DNA of 63,891 nt, counting the filler, from Stramenopiles sp. TOSAG23-2 (taxonomy: Eukaryota): the NCBI GenBank assembly GCA_900128395.1. It is 37 parts of 37 records of this genome, joined end to end, with 100 filler letters (N's around TTAATTAATTAA, not from the genome) between each part and the next. Parts side by side here need not be neighbours in the genome. Positions count along the whole stretch, not along the records: positions 62,274 to 63,891 come from LT652594.1; 36 more parts are not named here. One strand, given 5' to 3'. The notes under the pieces are model-generated. The model worked only from the letters and a program-made list of their open reading frames with translations, was not told where the DNA came from and did not search any database. Position numbers and translations under genes: made by a program. Each line of letters begins with the position of its first letter. Position 1 is the stretch's first letter. Shown in pieces: positions 62,174-63,891 of this stretch.

Positions 62174-62273
62174 NNNNNNNNNNNNNNNNNNNNNNNNNNN
62201 NNNNNNNNNNNNNNNNNTTAATTAATTAANNNNNNNNNNNNNNNNNNNNNNNNNNNNNNNNNNNNNNNNNNNN

Positions 62274-62671
62274 ATAAAAAGATGTATTCATCATTTCTAT
62301 TTTTACATGGCCCAGATTCCAATCATTTGAAAAGTGATGATTATGATAATAATAACAATTATTATTCAATATTAATGCCAAATGATAAAGTAAAAGCAAA
62401 ATGGGAAATGTTACCAATTTGGAGAAATGCAACATCATGGAAAAGCATAGCAAATCCAAAACCTTGGAGAGGTTACATGCGATCATGTACATTAGCAATG
62501 AACTCTAAAAATATAATTGAACCATTAACTCGTATGATATCGAAAGCTAGTGATATGATACGTACAGATGCATATTTACATCAATATAGTAAACATGGTA
62601 TTGATAAAATTGAATTTTGTAACAGTGCGTTGAGATTAGAACGTATCGTTTCATGTTATAGTGAGTTGTAA
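62274..62671 (+). CDS. Hypothetical protein C-terminal fragment
   Basis: Reading frame open from near the contig edge to the stop at 62671. Confidence 0.5.
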
Positions 62672-63891
62672 AAAAAAACTGTGTTTTTTACAAAAAATAT
62701 ATATACGAAAGTTCGTTGTTAATTTTTCTCTAGATGTTTTAAAAAATGTTTTCGTAATTGTGTGCATGTGCTTTTTTTTTATTATAAATAAATGATTTAA
62801 GATTCTATAACCGTACTAATAATATTTTTTTTTATTGCATTTTTTGCCTCGCCGCTTTGCTTAAAAAGAATTTATTAAGGATCCTAAACTAATACACCAC
62901 ACATTATTATTAATAGATCTATTACTAAAATTACAGGAGTACAAGCACACATTTCTTAGATCTAACAACTCATCCTACCACTAGCTATTAATATAATATA
63001 TTTTACTGGAATCCATGCCTGGCATGCATCACATCCAACGTTGCCAACCATCAATCATCAGAAAATCGTTATTATTATTATTTAAATTATTACAGTAAAA
63101 CGTATCCAATAATTAAAATGAATAAGTGTTAGTCACACATGATGATGTGATGCGCGTCATATCAAATATATATTATAATATTATTTTTTTAATATATACG
63201 AACCGCTTCGTATATATATATATAATTAAGTTCAAAAGAATACAATAACTGAAATAATCTATCTCACACTAGTGTGTTGATATACCCATAATACAGAATA
63301 CCAATGAAGGTAAATAGATGGTAGCAGTTGATGAAAAACAAACATATATATATATAATATATACTCGTATATATAAAAATAATTACATATGTATTTTCGA
63401 TTATGAGAATATCAACACACTACACTTGTGTGAGATAGATTATTTCAGTTATTTTATTCTTTTGAAGAGTAGGAATTATCATGAGTAAATTAAAAATAAA
63501 TTATGCGTAAATTAAATTATATATTTTTATCATTTAAATTATCATATGTGAGTAAATTATTACGAATGCGTATAATTATATTAGTCTTATGGAGATTTTG
63601 TATTCTGTGTGGGCGGTAGGGTGGAGTATTGATAAATTTTATTTAATCTAACTTTAAGATTTCATTTAATTATATTAGTCTATAAATATATATGAGAATT
63701 ATATGCATAATTAAATTTAAAAACTATTTTTATATTTTTTGCTTTTTAAAAATATTTCATATAGTTTTTACATATTATATTTTACTTTTTTTTACCACCA
63801 CCACCACTACCGCCTTTTCCTCGCAATTTGTTGTAGATTTCTAATCGTTGTGAAGCATCAATTACTTGTCCTTTTCGCTGAACTTTATATG

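Noticed and set aside
1643-62273. Regularly spaced TTAATTAATTAA repeat as a CRISPR-like or biological array
   Set aside because: It is embedded in N-runs and is a synthetic six-frame-stop linker. ORF tails ending in X...LIN are artefacts of it.
1-63891. Operon-like or defence-island clustering of macro, NACHT, Sel1, RT and methyltransferase genes; alternative genetic code
   Set aside because: The genes lie on separate length-sorted contigs, so adjacency is arbitrary. Conserved genes translate and terminate normally in the standard code.

Overview
This window is not a contiguous locus. It is 37 unrelated ~1.62-1.64 kb contigs, sorted by decreasing length and joined by an artificial N44-TTAATTAATTAA-N44 spacer. 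The DNA is from a very AT-rich eukaryote: spliceosomal GT-AG introns, poly-Asn/Gln tracts, a flagellar CFAP97-like gene, DNMT5 and a eukaryote-type PFOR/PNO. A flagellated protist is likely, perhaps a stramenopile single-cell or metagenome assembly (inference only). Many 110-280 bp tandem duplications, ~55 bp fold-backs at contig ends and chimeric joins look like assembly or amplification artefacts, so gene neighbourhood across spacers means nothing. Recognisable genes include a macro domain protein, PFOR/PNO, PAP2 phosphatase, LbH acetyltransferase, ArfGAP, PWWP, Sel1 repeats, a NACHT-type protein, TFIIH p52-like, a divergent kinesin, TauD dioxygenase, a MidA-type methyltransferase, GH35, GST, a carboxylesterase-VOC fusion, ankyrin proteins, JmjC and DNMT5, plus copia and Penelope RT fragments. 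The best candidate for an undescribed system is a family of sequence-related spliceosomal introns in two unrelated genes on different contigs (two in TauD, one in GH35), i.e. a putative Introner-like intron-generating mobile element.
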